Shown: in pieces, positions 43,496 through 55,801 of the stretch
How positions within the stretch are numbered: the first letter of the stretch is position 1
Layout: each line of letters starts with the position of its first letter
Source of the DNA: Kofleriaceae bacterium
GTDB taxonomy: Bacteria; Myxococcota_A; Polyangia; Haliangiales; Haliangiaceae
Assembly: GCA_965215005.1 (NCBI GenBank)
Contig: CBDCCZ010000001.1
Coordinates: forward strand, 1 to 64,000
DNA: 64,000 nucleotides
Direction of reading: 5' to 3'
The notes under the pieces: model-generated
What the model saw: only the letters and a program-made list of their open reading frames with translations
The model's database searches: none
Told to the model about the DNA's origin: nothing
Position numbers and translations under genes: made by a program

Positions 43496-44269
43496 TCAGG
43501 TGGCGGTCATTCCGCCATCGAGAACCATCGTGTGGCCGGTCACAAACGATGCGGCCTCCGACAGCAGGTAGACCGCGGCGCCAGCGATTTCCTCGGGTTG
43601 ACCGTGGCGGCCGAGAGGGGTTTTCGCGACCACGTGTTCGCGAAGCGCGGGATTGGCGACGATGGCCGCCGCAAACTTGGTCTCGATGAGGCCCGGAGCG
43701 ATGGCGTTGACGCGAATTCCCGAGCCGCCGAGCTCATACGCCAACGTCTGCGTCAACGAAATGACCGCCGCCTTGGTGGCCCCATAGAAGCCCTGCATCG
43801 GCGCCGCGCGCAGGCCCGCGACGCTGGCAATGTTGACGATGCTGCCGCCGCTTGCGCTGCGCTTGCGAAGGTGGGCGACCAATGCCCGCGCCACATATAG
43901 ATAGCCTTTGACGTTGACCTCGAGTGTCTTGTCCATCGCCGGGTCGGGGATGTCGATTAGCGGCCCAAAGTATGGGTTGGTAGCGGCGTTATTGACCACA
44001 CCATCGACCTTGCCGAACACGGCGATTGCTTGCTCGAACAGCGAGCTTACGGCTTCGGCGTGGCCGGTATGGCAGGCGATGGCCTTGGCGGTGCCGCCGG
44101 CTTTGGTGATGGCCTCGGCGACCGGCTCGAGTCCTTCTTGCTTGCGAGAAGCGAGCACGACGCTGGCCCCAGCGGCCGCGGCGGCGTGCGCGATGGCCTC
44201 GCCGATGCCGCGGCTGGCGCCGGTGACGATAACGACCTGGTCTTGCAAGCTGATGCGGGAGCTGGCCAT
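43496..44269 (-). CDS. SDR-family oxidoreductase
   Basis: TGASRGIG, NNAATNP, YGATK. Confidence 0.93.
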   Translation of the reverse strand: MASSRISLQDQVVIVTGASRGIGEAIAHAAAAAGASVVLASRKQEGLEPVAEAITKAGGTAKAIACHTGHAEAVSSLFEQAIAVFGKVDGVVNNAATNPYFGPLIDIPDPAMDKTLEVNVKGYLYVARALVAHLRKRSASGGSIVNIASVAGLRAAPMQGFYGATKAAVISLTQTLAYELGGSGIRVNAIAPGLIETKFAAAIVANPALREHVVAKTPLGRHGQPEEIAGAAVYLLSEAASFVTGHTMVLDGGMTAT

Positions 44270-44325
44270 GCCCGCAACCTACCACCGGGACGACGCTCGA
44301 GGAGGGGCAGGAGGAAGCTCCCGAC

Positions 44326-44371
44326 TTGACGCATCGCAGCAGTTTCTCCAGAATGAATGAGGATTCATTCA
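44326..44371 (+). promoter_or_regulatory. sigma70 promoter with overlapping palindromic operator
   Basis: TTGACG-17bp-CAGAAT; perfect TGAATGA-N4-TCATTCA at 44354-44371. Confidence 0.75.
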
Positions 44372-44382
44372 GGAGCACACCG

Positions 44383-46206
44383 ATGTCGCAACCCATCAAT
44401 CAGTACAAGGCCGATCTGCGCGATCTTCGTTTCCTCCTTTTCGAGCAATTCGGGCTGCAAGAGCTTCTTGGCAAGGCACCGTTTGCCGACTGGGGGCGCG
44501 AGGAGGTCGAAGCGGTTCTCGAGGAAGTTTATAAGTGGGTGTGTGAGGTGATCGGCCCGCTCAACCGCGTTGGCGACGGCGGCTGCCGCCTCGAGAACGG
44601 CAAAGTGATCACTCCCAAGGGCTTCAAGGAAGCGTGGAAGAAGCTAAACGAGGCCGGCTGGCGGACCCTGTCCGCAGGCGAATTGTTTGGCGGTCAGGAT
44701 GGGCCGTTCACGCTGCACATGCTCGCCGAAGAGATGATGACTGGCGCCAACACCTCGTTCTGCATGTATCCGGGGCTCGCGCAGGGCGTTGCGGACGTGC
44801 TCGAGCATTTCGGTACTGAATCGCAAACGGCCTACGTGCACAAGCTCATCGACGGCACGTGGGGCGGCACGATGTGTCTCACCGAGCCCGACGCCGGCTC
44901 CGACGTTGGCGCCAATACCACCAAAGCCACGCGCTGCGATGACGGCCGCTACAAGATCGAAGGCACCAAGATCTACATTTCTGGTGGCGATCAAGACTTC
45001 ACCGAGAACATCTTGCACCTGGTGTTGGCTCGAACCGCCGATGCGCCAGCGGGAACCAAAGGCCTGAGCCTCTTCATCGTGCCGCGCGATCGCTACGATG
45101 GCTCCGGCGGAAACGATGTGTCGGTTGGCTCCATCGAGCACAAAATGGGCATCAATGGCTCTGCGACCTGCGTGCTCAACTTTGGCGAGAACGGCGAATG
45201 CTACGGTGAGCTCGTCGGCAGCGAAGAGCAGCAGGGCATCAAGCAGATGTTCAAGATGATGAACATCGCGCGCATCGGCGTTGGTGTGCAGGGGTTGGCG
45301 GTGGCTTCGTCGGCGTATTTGAATGCCCTCAGTTACGCCAAAGACCGCAAGCAGGGCCCGAGCGTCAAGGATTGGAAGAACCCAGAGGCGCCCAAGGTCG
45401 CCATCATCAATCATCCTGATGTTCGTCGAATGCTCATCGACATGAAGGCGCGCGTAGAAGGCCTCCGCGCGCTCGCCGTGAAGCTGTCCATGCACACGGA
45501 TAAAGAACGCGCCGTGCGCGGAAAAGACGATGAAGCCGCCAATTATCACAAGGGGCAAGTCGACCTGCTCGTGCCACTGCTGAAGGCCTACGGCTCGGAT
45601 CAAGCCTTTTCGATATGTGCCACGGCCATTCAAGTCTATGGCGGTGCCGGCTATCTCAAGGATTGGCCGGTCGAGCAGTATTGCCGCGACTCGAAAATCT
45701 TCTCTATTTACGAGGGCACGAATCACATCCAGGCACTGGACTTGGTCGGGCGAAAGCTCGGCTACAAGGGCGGCGTCAACTTTCAAGCGTTCAGCAAAGA
45801 CGTCTCCACCTTCGTGGCCAAGAACCGCAGCCATGCCGAGCTCGGCGACGCGGTGTCGGCTCTAGGATCCGCCCTCGAGGCACTCGGAGGGGCGGCCATG
45901 CGCTTTCTCGGGTGGTTTCAGAGCGGCCAGATGGAGATGGTGCCGCTCGCCGCCAATCGGTTCCTCGAGATGATGAGTGAGACCACGGTCGGATGGCTGC
46001 TTCTCGAGGCGGCCGTGATTGCCGCGGAGAGCGGTCGCGACCTCGGCGACAGCCATCCCGATACGGCCTTCTACGCCGGCAAGAAGCACAGCGCGATCTA
46101 TTTTGCCCTCAACGTTTTGCCCGGCGTCGTACACAAAGCCGCCATCCTCAGCAAAGAAGACCGCAGCGCCCTCGACATCCCACTCGAAGCCTTCGCCAGC
46201 ATCTGA
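44383..46206 (+). CDS. Acyl-CoA dehydrogenase (long, FadE-type)
   Basis: MCLTEPDAGSD, GTKIYIS, EHKMG, QVYGGAGY, IYEGTNHIQ; AGGAG RBS. Confidence 0.95.
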   Translation: MSQPINQYKADLRDLRFLLFEQFGLQELLGKAPFADWGREEVEAVLEEVYKWVCEVIGPLNRVGDGGCRLENGKVITPKGFKEAWKKLNEAGWRTLSAGELFGGQDGPFTLHMLAEEMMTGANTSFCMYPGLAQGVADVLEHFGTESQTAYVHKLIDGTWGGTMCLTEPDAGSDVGANTTKATRCDDGRYKIEGTKIYISGGDQDFTENILHLVLARTADAPAGTKGLSLFIVPRDRYDGSGGNDVSVGSIEHKMGINGSATCVLNFGENGECYGELVGSEEQQGIKQMFKMMNIARIGVGVQGLAVASSAYLNALSYAKDRKQGPSVKDWKNPEAPKVAIINHPDVRRMLIDMKARVEGLRALAVKLSMHTDKERAVRGKDDEAANYHKGQVDLLVPLLKAYGSDQAFSICATAIQVYGGAGYLKDWPVEQYCRDSKIFSIYEGTNHIQALDLVGRKLGYKGGVNFQAFSKDVSTFVAKNRSHAELGDAVSALGSALEALGGAAMRFLGWFQSGQMEMVPLAANRFLEMMSETTVGWLLLEAAVIAAESGRDLGDSHPDTAFYAGKKHSAIYFALNVLPGVVHKAAILSKEDRSALDIPLEAFASI

Positions 46207-46213
46207 CCGACGC

Positions 46214-46245
46214 ATAGCCGGGGACATTTCGCGCGCCCCGGCTAT
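46214..46245 (+). terminator. Hairpin after acyl-CoA dehydrogenase
   Basis: 10-bp stem ATAGCCGGGG/CCCCGGCTAT; no U-tract. Confidence 0.5.
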
Positions 46246-46418
46246 CGCTGAATCAGGGGAGACCGCGGGTGTCCCCATCGAGCCTTGCCTGGCGAGTGGT
46301 CCGCGGTCCTGCCGTGAAACCACTCGCTGTGCACGCCGCCGCTGCGCCGCCAGGCGGGTTTGATGCGGCTGTTTTGATGAGTCCGTTGCGGCCGAGAAAC
46401 GTGCTAAACCCCGCGGCA

Positions 46419-48479
46419 ATGCTGAAGCTCGTTTCTCTCACGTGTGTCGCGGTCCTAGCCGCGTCAGGATGCTCGGGTCCCGCGAAGGTCGCCGCGGAGC
46501 CCGAGGTTGCCGCTCCGTCATCGCCGGAGGCGGCGAGCCAAGCGGCTCCGGCGGCAGCGGATCCGGTTGCCGAATTTGGCACCGCATGCCGCGAAGGTCT
46601 GGCAAAAGCCAAGGCCGAGCTCGCTCCGCTCCTCGCGGTGAACGGGCCGCGCACCGCCGAGAACACGCTCGAGCCGTATAACCAGATGGCGCTCGAGCTG
46701 TCGCGCTCTGCTGGCGAAGCGGAGCTGATGAGCGAGGTCCATCCAGATGCGAGCATTCGAGACGAGGCTCGCGGCTGCGGCCAAGACGTCGAGGCCTTCG
46801 TAAGCGCTTTGGCGCTCAATACCGAGCTTTACGCGGCAATTGCAGCGCTCGACGTGAATGTTCTGGATGGCGAGGAGCGGCGGGTCGTCGAGCGACTGCT
46901 GCAGAACTTCCGCCGCGCGGGTGTGGATAAAGACGCGGCGACGCGCGCGCGTTTACAAGAGCTCGATGAGCAGCTAACCGTGCTTGGCCAGCAATTTGGA
47001 AAGAACATCGCGGAGGATCAGCGCGCGATTGAGCTCGACAGCGTGGATGACTTGGCCGGTCTGCCGGCTGACTACATCGCGTCGCATCCGCCGGACGAGC
47101 GCGGCATCATCCGCATCACCACGGACTATCCCGATATCAGGCCGTTCATGGCCTATGCTGAGTCCGACGAGCACCGCAAGGCGCTGTACATCCAGTTCAA
47201 GTCGCGCGGCGCCGGAACGAACGAGGAGGTCCTGCGCCAGATGCTCTCGCTGCGGGCCGAGAAAGCCACGCTGCTCGGCTATGACAACTGGGCCGACTAC
47301 GCCACAGAAGACAAGATGATAGGCAGCGGCAAAGCTGCTGCTGCGTTCGTCGAGAAGGTGGTCGCCGTGGCGAAGCGGCGCGCCAAGAAAGACTATCGAG
47401 AGCTGCTGCAGCACAAGCGCGAGCTCGAGCCCAAAGCGGAGCGCGTCGAAGACTGGGAGAGGAGCTACCTCGAAAATCTGGTCAAGACAGACCGCTACCA
47501 GTTCAATCCGCAGGCAGTTCGGCCGTATTTCGAGTACCAACAGACTCTCGAGGGACTGCTGGCGATCACCTCGAAGATCTACGATATCGAGTATCGCCCG
47601 CTTACGAACGCTGAGGCCGACGTCTGGCATGAAGACGTCGTTGCGTACGATGTTACTCGCGATGATGTGGTCATCGGCCGCATCTACCTCGACATGCATC
47701 CGCGCGAGGGCAAGTTCAAGCATGCCGCGCAGTTCCCTTACCGTCAGGGAGCACTCGGCCAGCAGCTGCCGGTAGGGGTGCTGGTTTGCAACTTTGCCAA
47801 CCCGCGCACCAGCAGCGGACCGGCGCTGCTCGAGCACGACCAAGTCACCACCATGTTCCACGAGTTCGGCCACTTGATGCATCACGTGCTCGGTGGCCAG
47901 CAGAAGTGGGTGGATCTGAGCGGCGTCTCTACGGAATGGGACTTTGTCGAGGCGCCATCACAGATGTTCGAGGAGTGGGCGTGGAACCACGACACGCTAG
48001 CGCTGTTTGCGAAGCATCACGCGACTGGAGAGCCGATCCCGGCAGAGCTGGTTGAGCGAATGCGGGCGGCCCACGAATTCGGCCTCGGTATCGAGACTCT
48101 GCAGCAGATCTTTTACACGCTCGTCTCGCTGCGTTTCCATCAGCTCGATCCCAAGGAGCTCGACATGGATCGCGAGATGGTTCGGCTGCAGGCCAAGTAC
48201 ACGCCGTTTCGCTACGTTCCGGGCACCACGTTCTACGCTTCCTTTGGCCATCTCAACGACTACTCGGCGCTTTACTACACTTACCTTTGGTCAAAGGTGA
48301 TTGCGCGCGACATGCTCACGCCGTTCATCGAGCACGGGTTGATGAACCTCGAGTGGACGCATCGCTACCGCGACCAGGTGCTCGCTGCCGGCGGCCGCGA
48401 AGATGCAGCGGTTCTGGTGGAGAAGTTCCTCGGCCGGCCGTATAGCTTCGCCGCCTTCAAGGCTTACCTCGGCGGCTGA
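46419..48479 (+). CDS. M3-family zinc oligopeptidase, lipoprotein
   Basis: ASGC lipobox; FHEFGH; DFVEAPSQ; YYTYLWS. Confidence 0.93.
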   Translation: MLKLVSLTCVAVLAASGCSGPAKVAAEPEVAAPSSPEAASQAAPAAADPVAEFGTACREGLAKAKAELAPLLAVNGPRTAENTLEPYNQMALELSRSAGEAELMSEVHPDASIRDEARGCGQDVEAFVSALALNTELYAAIAALDVNVLDGEERRVVERLLQNFRRAGVDKDAATRARLQELDEQLTVLGQQFGKNIAEDQRAIELDSVDDLAGLPADYIASHPPDERGIIRITTDYPDIRPFMAYAESDEHRKALYIQFKSRGAGTNEEVLRQMLSLRAEKATLLGYDNWADYATEDKMIGSGKAAAAFVEKVVAVAKRRAKKDYRELLQHKRELEPKAERVEDWERSYLENLVKTDRYQFNPQAVRPYFEYQQTLEGLLAITSKIYDIEYRPLTNAEADVWHEDVVAYDVTRDDVVIGRIYLDMHPREGKFKHAAQFPYRQGALGQQLPVGVLVCNFANPRTSSGPALLEHDQVTTMFHEFGHLMHHVLGGQQKWVDLSGVSTEWDFVEAPSQMFEEWAWNHDTLALFAKHHATGEPIPAELVERMRAAHEFGLGIETLQQIFYTLVSLRFHQLDPKELDMDREMVRLQAKYTPFRYVPGTTFYASFGHLNDYSALYYTYLWSKVIARDMLTPFIEHGLMNLEWTHRYRDQVLAAGGREDAAVLVEKFLGRPYSFAAFKAYLGG

Positions 48480-48506
48480 AGGTCCGCTGGCGGCCAGCGC
48501 GTTGCC

Positions 48507-49130
48507 TCAAGCGGCGACGCGCTGCCGCAGCACCTGGCGCTCGCTTGCGGGCAGCACGGAGGGTTCCACACGTAGCTCGCCCGTGGTGGTGAAGAACGGC
48601 GACGGCGCGTGTTTGCCGCGGAGCGCTGCGATGGCCAGAAGCCGCAGCGTGCGCGCCATCAGTCCCAGTGGCATGGAGCGGCGGGCATTGGCGGGCAGCG
48701 GCGGCTTGGCGAATCGTGCATGAACCGAGGCGCGCACCGGCCCGAGCGCCTCGGCGACCGCGCTTTCTCCCTGTTGGGAGCCAAGCCGGGCGACGATGAT
48801 CCCCGCGAACGGAACTCTGGGCCAGGGCAGCGTGTTGGCGATGGGCACGTTGCAGCAGCCCGCGTACCAGCGAAGCAAGCCCTTCTCGCTGAGCCGCATG
48901 CACCGCAGCTGGTCGAGCCCTTCGGTCAACTCGAGCTGGGCGGGGGTGAGCTGGAAGACTTGGGTGCCGCCGCTTGCATCCAGAACCCGCTCAGGATGGC
49001 CTAGGAAGTGCGCGTAGGCCTGGCAGTCGTCGCAGAAGCAGATCGCATGATTGCCGCTGCCAGGACCCACATCATGCACCTGACCGCGTAAGCGGCCGCA
49101 GGCGCACTCGAGGCGAAGTGTCGTGCTCAT
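48507..49130 (-). CDS. Cys-rich protein (DUF6151/GFA-like)
   Basis: CACG, ICFCDDCQ, GLLRWYAGCC.PI. Confidence 0.8.
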   Translation of the reverse strand: MSTTLRLECACGRLRGQVHDVGPGSGNHAICFCDDCQAYAHFLGHPERVLDASGGTQVFQLTPAQLELTEGLDQLRCMRLSEKGLLRWYAGCCNVPIANTLPWPRVPFAGIIVARLGSQQGESAVAEALGPVRASVHARFAKPPLPANARRSMPLGLMARTLRLLAIAALRGKHAPSPFFTTTGELRVEPSVLPASERQVLRQRVAA

Positions 49131-49246
49131 GCCCGCGACGATAACGTATCGGAGGGCGCAAGCGACTCCGCGATGGCTGTAGTCGCTCGTCGTCGCGGCG
49201 AGCTCGCGTGCGCCGTTACCGGCTTTCGCAAGCGGGAGACGAAGCG

Positions 49247-50317
49247 TCAGGCCGCGGGCAGCTCGAGCCAGAAGTTACTGCCGGCGCCGGCGGTGCTGTC
49301 GACGCCGAGGCGACCGCCGTGGGCTTCGGCGATGGCGCGCGCGATCGAGAGACCGAGGCCGACGCCGGCGGCGTCGCCGGCCGAGCGACCACGGGTAAAT
49401 GGCTCAAAGATGGACGCAAGCTCATCCTCGGCGATGCCGGGCCCCTCGTCGCGCACTTCAAAGCGCACGGTGTGAGCGCCGGCAGCGGCGTGAAGCTCGA
49501 TGCGCCGGCCTGCGGGGGTAAACTTGCAGGCATTGGCTACCAAGTTGCCAAGTGCTTGGACGACGCGATCGAGGTCGATGGTGAGCGTCGGCAATCGATC
49601 ATCGGCGCGGTAAGTCAGCGATTGGAGCTTGTTGTTTGCGAGCGGGGCGAAGCGCTCGATCACCCGCTCGCCAACGGCGTCTACCGGATGCGCCGCCATG
49701 ATCACGCGAAGCTGGCCCCCAGCGAGTCGCTCGTGATCGAGCAAGTCATCGATGAGTCGCGTCATTTCATCGCTAGCGCGCAGTATGTGCTGCCGCCAAC
49801 GGTCGCGCTGCGCCTCGTCTGGATTTCGGATGAGCTCGGCGGCTAGGTGTATGCTCTGAAGCGGGACGCGTAAATCGTGCGAGACCACCGCGAGGATGCG
49901 GTTGCGCGCCGCGACTTCGAGCTCGAGGGCTTCGGTCGCGCGCCGGCGCTCGATAGCGTAGCGAACCGAGCGTGATAGCAGCTCGCCATCGAAACGACCC
50001 TTGACCAAAAAATCGTCGGCGCCATCGCGCACCGCTTCGATGGCGACCTCGGCATCGGAGATACCGGTGAGGACGATAATTGGCAGCGAGCGCGCCGCGG
50101 CCCGCAACGCTGCGATGGTCTCGGTGCCGCGACCATCGGGCAACACGAAGTCGAGGAGGGCGGCGTCGAAGCGCTCAAGCCTGAGGTGCTCCATCGCATC
50201 GGCGAAGGTCGGTTGCACCACGACATCGTAGTTGCGTCCGACATCGGCCAGCAGCTCGCGAACCAAGCGAGCATCGGCGGCGCTGTCCTCGATCAAAAGG
50301 ATTCGCAGCATAGTCAT
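49247..50317 (-). CDS. Hybrid response regulator-histidine kinase (REC-HisKA-HATPase)
   Basis: LLIED..LLD..LTG..K; SHDLR; NACKF; GLGL; ATGA overlap with upstream gene. Confidence 0.93.
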   Translation of the reverse strand: MTMLRILLIEDSAADARLVRELLADVGRNYDVVVQPTFADAMEHLRLERFDAALLDFVLPDGRGTETIAALRAAARSLPIIVLTGISDAEVAIEAVRDGADDFLVKGRFDGELLSRSVRYAIERRRATEALELEVAARNRILAVVSHDLRVPLQSIHLAAELIRNPDEAQRDRWRQHILRASDEMTRLIDDLLDHERLAGGQLRVIMAAHPVDAVGERVIERFAPLANNKLQSLTYRADDRLPTLTIDLDRVVQALGNLVANACKFTPAGRRIELHAAAGAHTVRFEVRDEGPGIAEDELASIFEPFTRGRSAGDAAGVGLGLSIARAIAEAHGGRLGVDSTAGAGSNFWLELPAA

Positions 50318-50766
50318 GAAGGCGGCAGGCGGACGATCTCCAACCAAAAGTCCTGGATTGACTTGATGACGCGGATGAACTGCTCGAGGTCGACTGGCTT
50401 GGTGATGTAGCAGTTGGCGTGCAGCTGATAGCTGCGAAGAATGTCTTCGTCTGCCTGCGAGGTCGTCAGCACCACGACCGGAATGAGAGCCAATGACTGA
50501 TCTGCTTTGATTTCTGCCAACACTTCGCGACCATCTTTGCGTGGCAGGTTGAGATCCAAGAGGATGAGATCGGGCCGCACAGACGCATGCGGCGGCTCAT
50601 GCCGCAAGAACGCCAGCGCCTCTTCGCCATCGCGGACGACGTGCAGGTGGTTGCGCACCTTGGCCTCTTTGAGCGCCTCGATGGTCAGCCGCACATCGGC
50701 GGGAGAGTCTTCGACGAGCAAGATCTCGATTGGCGAGCTCTCGCCGTGGGGGTGATGCACCATCAT
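50314..50766 (-). CDS. Single-domain response regulator (Rcp1-like)
   Basis: [31 protein letters not shown]. Confidence 0.93.
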   Translation of the reverse strand: MMVHHPHGESSPIEILLVEDSPADVRLTIEALKEAKVRNHLHVVRDGEEALAFLRHEPPHASVRPDLILLDLNLPRKDGREVLAEIKADQSLALIPVVVLTTSQADEDILRSYQLHANCYITKPVDLEQFIRVIKSIQDFWLEIVRLPPS

Positions 50767-52247
50767 GAGGCCTCTGGCGGTAGCTGACTGAGAGTGAACC
50801 AAATGGTGGTGCCGTCGCCAGGTGTAGATTCGGCCCACATCTGGCCACCATGGCGCTCGATGATCCGCTTGCACAGCGCCAGGCCCATGCCGGTGCCTGG
50901 AACCTCGCGGCCGTGCAGCCGTTGAAACATCTCGAAGATGCGCTCTGCAAACCGCGGCTCGAAACCAATCCCGTGATCCTTCACGCCGATCAGCCACTGC
51001 GTGCCGCGCTCTTGCCGGAGGAACTCGATCCGCGGCGGCGCCTCACCGGCGAAGCGGATCGCGTTGGTGAGCAGATTCTGCAACACCTGCCGAAGCTGTA
51101 TCGGGTCTCCGAGGACGCGCGGAAGGGTGCTGCGCTCGATGAAGGCGCCGCTTTCGGCGACGCGCAGCTGGAGCGAATCGATGACTTGCTCGAGCACGTC
51201 GTCGAGGTCGACCGCTACTAGCGGCTCGCCGCGGGTGGTAATCCGCGAGTAGGAGAGCAGCGCCTCGATAAGCGCCTGCATGCGAGAAGCGCCCTGCACC
51301 GCAAAGTCGATGAAGTCGCGCGCGTCGTCATCGAGCTTGTCGCGATAGCGCCGCTCGATGAGCTGCAGATAGCCGCCAATGGTCCGCAGCGGCTCTTGCA
51401 GGTCATGAGAAGCGGCATACGCGAAGGTTTGCAGCTCGTGGTTGGAGCGTTCGAGGGCGGCGGTGCGCTCGGCGAGCAGGGTGTCGCTGCGTTTGCGTTC
51501 GCTGATGTCGTGAGTCACCATCGCGGCGCCTACCAGCGCGCCTCGTTGGTCCTCGATCGGCACGATGGAGAGCGCGACGTCGACGACGGTGCCGTCTTTG
51601 CGCCGATGTTGCGTTTCGATCCGACCATCCTCAGGCTGCTGCCGATTGTTGTTTTCGGCGAGCAGCGTGGGCAGTGGGCGCCCGAGCACCTCGTCCTCAC
51701 TCCAGCCATAGAGCTTGGCCGCCGCGGTATTCCAGTGCGTGATGGTGCCATCGGTCTTGGTTCCCACCACTGCATATCCCGAGGTCGCAATGATCGCTGC
51801 GAGCTGTCGGTTCAGATCGTGCTGCTGACCGAGCTCACTGGCGTGGTGACGCAGGTCGGCCTCGAGCTCGGTGATCGACTTCATCGCCAAAGCGCGCTGA
51901 ATCGTTGGAACCAGCGCGATCACCGTGACCCAGGAAACCACTGCGGTGACGAATTTGACGAGACCGGCGAAGCGGTAGACCGGGTGCCAAAAGATGACCG
52001 CTTCGAGTAAATGAGTGGTGCCGCAAGCGAGAATGAATGCCGCGAACAACCAGAAAACCGGCAGGAACGGCACGTCGGGGCGCTTGCGGATGAAATATCC
52101 CAGCACCACGGGGATCGCCATGTAGGCGCCAAAGATGGCCAGGTCGCTGGTGATGTGAACCCACCCGTGGACGTCGGTCCAGTTGCCGCAATGCCAGCGG
52201 GGTGGGAAGTCGCTCGTGTCCAACAGCGCGCTCAGGCTTGGCCGCAT
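50763..52247 (-). CDS. Sensor histidine kinase with ETR1-like ethylene-binding TM domain, PAS and Cph1-type kinase core
   Basis: [42 protein letters not shown]; start 52247 or 52268. Confidence 0.9.
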   Translation of the reverse strand: MRPSLSALLDTSDFPPRWHCGNWTDVHGWVHITSDLAIFGAYMAIPVVLGYFIRKRPDVPFLPVFWLFAAFILACGTTHLLEAVIFWHPVYRFAGLVKFVTAVVSWVTVIALVPTIQRALAMKSITELEADLRHHASELGQQHDLNRQLAAIIATSGYAVVGTKTDGTITHWNTAAAKLYGWSEDEVLGRPLPTLLAENNNRQQPEDGRIETQHRRKDGTVVDVALSIVPIEDQRGALVGAAMVTHDISERKRSDTLLAERTAALERSNHELQTFAYAASHDLQEPLRTIGGYLQLIERRYRDKLDDDARDFIDFAVQGASRMQALIEALLSYSRITTRGEPLVAVDLDDVLEQVIDSLQLRVAESGAFIERSTLPRVLGDPIQLRQVLQNLLTNAIRFAGEAPPRIEFLRQERGTQWLIGVKDHGIGFEPRFAERIFEMFQRLHGREVPGTGMGLALCKRIIERHGGQMWAESTPGDGTTIWFTLSQLPPEAS

Positions 52248-52356
52248 CTCCACAACTAAAACTATCACTGCTGCGCGGCGATCGGAGTCATAGGAAAGAC
52301 TCCGATCACCAACAAATATCGTTCCCCATGAGCATCATAGGGAAACCGTTTCACCT

Positions 52357-53523
<1,167 letters not shown>

Positions 53524-53610
53524 GCAGGCCTTTTAGCTCGCCTCTGCGCCGATGAATAGGCCTGGGGCCGCACGAGGCGGTGGCAGAACGTGTCAGCTCG
53601 AGCACAACCG

Positions 53611-53628
53611 CGACTGAGCAGTCATTCG
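53611..53628. promoter_or_regulatory. Second palindromic operator
   Basis: CGACTGA-N4-TCATTCG, same architecture as the 44354 site, between divergent acyl-CoA dehydrogenase and thiolase. Confidence 0.6.
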
Positions 53629-53715
53629 TTTTCTGTTGCGCCGCACAGCTCATCAGATAGGTTGATCCGAGGTCCGCCGCGGCGACGGGGCGGCGCGTCA
53701 ACTGAGGAGATGAGC

Positions 53716-54948
53716 ATGCGAGAGGTCTTCATTTACGATTCGGTGCGCACCCCTCGAGGGCGCGGAAAAGCCGGCAAGGGCGCGTTGTCGGGTGTACATC
53801 CGCAAGAGCTGCTCGCACAGGCTCTGAACCAGCTCGCCGAGCGAGGCGGCATTGACAAAGCCGAGGTCGAGGACGTCACCATCGGCTGCGTTACGCAGGT
53901 CAAAGAGCAGGGCGCCTGCATCGCGCGCAACGCGGTCATTGCCGCTGGATGGCCCGACGAGGTCACCGGCAACACGGTCAACCGATTCTGCGGCTCGGGG
54001 CTACAAGCGGTGAATTTCGCCGCCATGGGCGTGGGCAGCGGCTATCAAGAGTGTGTCATCGGCGGCGGCGTGGAGTCGATGTCGCGCGTTCCGATGGGCG
54101 CTGACGGCGCCATGATCGATGGGCTCAACGCTCGTCTTCGCGAGAAAGTCGCGATGGTTCCGCAAGGCATCTCCGCCGATCTCATCGCAACCCTCGAAGG
54201 CTTCACGCGCAGCGAGCTCGATGCGTTCGCCGCGCGCAGTCAACAGAAAGCCGCGCACGCAATCGAAGAGCAGCGCTTTGCCCGCTCGCTGGTACCCATC
54301 GTCGATGCAGACGGCGCGGTGCTGCTCGACCGCGACGAGCATCCGCGACCTGAAACGAGCGTGCAGTCTCTTGGTGAGCTGAACGCGGCGTTCGAGAAGC
54401 TCGGCGGGATGGCCATGGGACCCGCTGGAGAAACCCTCGATGAGCTGGCGGTGAAGCGATATCCGCAGGCCGGTGCAATCGAGCACGTGCATACCGCCGG
54501 CAACTCCAGCGGCATCGTCGACGGAGCCGCCGTGGTGCTGCTCGGGTCGCGCGAGTGGGGCCAGAAAGCCGGCCTCACGCCGCGCGCCAAGGTCCGCGCG
54601 ATGGCTACCGCGGGTGCCGAGCCGGTCATCATGCTCACCGCACCGGCGCCGGCCTCGCAAAAGGCATTGGACAAGGCCGGCATGACGGTCGCTGATATCG
54701 ATCTATGGGAGATCAACGAGGCGTTCGCCGTGGTCCCGCTGCAGACCATGCGCAAGCTCGGCATCGAGGAGAGCCGCGTCAACGTCAACGGCGGCGCCAT
54801 CGCCTTAGGGCATCCCCTCGGAGCCACGGGCGCGATGCTCCTTGGCACCGCGCTCGATGAGCTCGAGCGCGCCGACAAGAGCACCGCGCTCATCACCCTT
54901 TGCATTGGTGGCGGGATGGGCATCGCTACGATCATTGAGCGGGTCTAG
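53716..54948 (+). CDS. Acetyl-CoA C-acyltransferase (thiolase)
   Basis: [36 protein letters not shown]. Confidence 0.95.
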   Translation: MREVFIYDSVRTPRGRGKAGKGALSGVHPQELLAQALNQLAERGGIDKAEVEDVTIGCVTQVKEQGACIARNAVIAAGWPDEVTGNTVNRFCGSGLQAVNFAAMGVGSGYQECVIGGGVESMSRVPMGADGAMIDGLNARLREKVAMVPQGISADLIATLEGFTRSELDAFAARSQQKAAHAIEEQRFARSLVPIVDADGAVLLDRDEHPRPETSVQSLGELNAAFEKLGGMAMGPAGETLDELAVKRYPQAGAIEHVHTAGNSSGIVDGAAVVLLGSREWGQKAGLTPRAKVRAMATAGAEPVIMLTAPAPASQKALDKAGMTVADIDLWEINEAFAVVPLQTMRKLGIEESRVNVNGGAIALGHPLGATGAMLLGTALDELERADKSTALITLCIGGGMGIATIIERV

Positions 54949-55059
54949 CGAGCGGCCGTCATTGGCGCTCATCGGGGCGGCAAAGCTGTTGGGGTTACAG
55001 TGGTTTTGCCACGCCGTGCAGCGCCTTGCGGCGGCTTTCTAGTATAGGATAGGACGCCT

Positions 55060-55716
55060 ATGGCCCTTCCTATTCGTGCTGCCTTGCGCTCTGCGGGCCG
55101 ATTCGTCGTCCGCAACCCCATCACGATGATGAAGATCGCGCGTCACGCAGTTGGGTTGCGTGTGGCCGTGCCGCTCGATGCGCTGCGATGGTTCATTGCG
55201 AACACGCCGCCGAGCAAGAAAGCCCCGTCCGACATCACCATCATGGCCCGTCCACCCGCGGTGGCGCTCGGCGCAACCTTGGACCTTATGGGCACAACGG
55301 TGCGTGCGTCGGCGTCGGTGCGCGTCGAGGAGCTGCGGGTCGAGCCGCAGGAGATGCGGCTTACGTTGCGGCTGAGCGATGTCGACATGAAAGTGCTTGG
55401 CGACTCGAACACTCCGGTCGCGGGCCTGCTCCGCAGCGGCGCGCTCGATCTTTCCAAACCCGGCAATTTGGTCAACTTCATGCCCAAGAAGCCGGAGGTG
55501 TTGATCGAAGCCCACGGCGACAAGCTGGTGGTCGACTTGATGAAGAACCCCAAGATCGCCGCCAATGATCGCCTCCGCAAAGTGCTTTCGACGTTGACGC
55601 CAGTGATCAACGTGAACGCCTTGGGCACCGACGGCGATTTTCTGATCGTTGCGCTGCGCGCCAATCCGCTCGGGGTGCCGCGCGCCATCAACGCCGCCCG
55701 CGCGCTCACCTCTTGA
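55060..55716 (+). CDS. Hypothetical protein
   Basis: 218-aa ORF with strong host codon bias. Confidence 0.75.
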   Translation: MALPIRAALRSAGRFVVRNPITMMKIARHAVGLRVAVPLDALRWFIANTPPSKKAPSDITIMARPPAVALGATLDLMGTTVRASASVRVEELRVEPQEMRLTLRLSDVDMKVLGDSNTPVAGLLRSGALDLSKPGNLVNFMPKKPEVLIEAHGDKLVVDLMKNPKIAANDRLRKVLSTLTPVINVNALGTDGDFLIVALRANPLGVPRAINAARALTS

Positions 55717-55801
55717 GGGCGCGCCGGAACATGCGCACACGCCGCGCGCGTATTGCTCGTGGCGCACGACCACAGTCTGGACCCGCGTAGAGACTCGCTC
55801 G

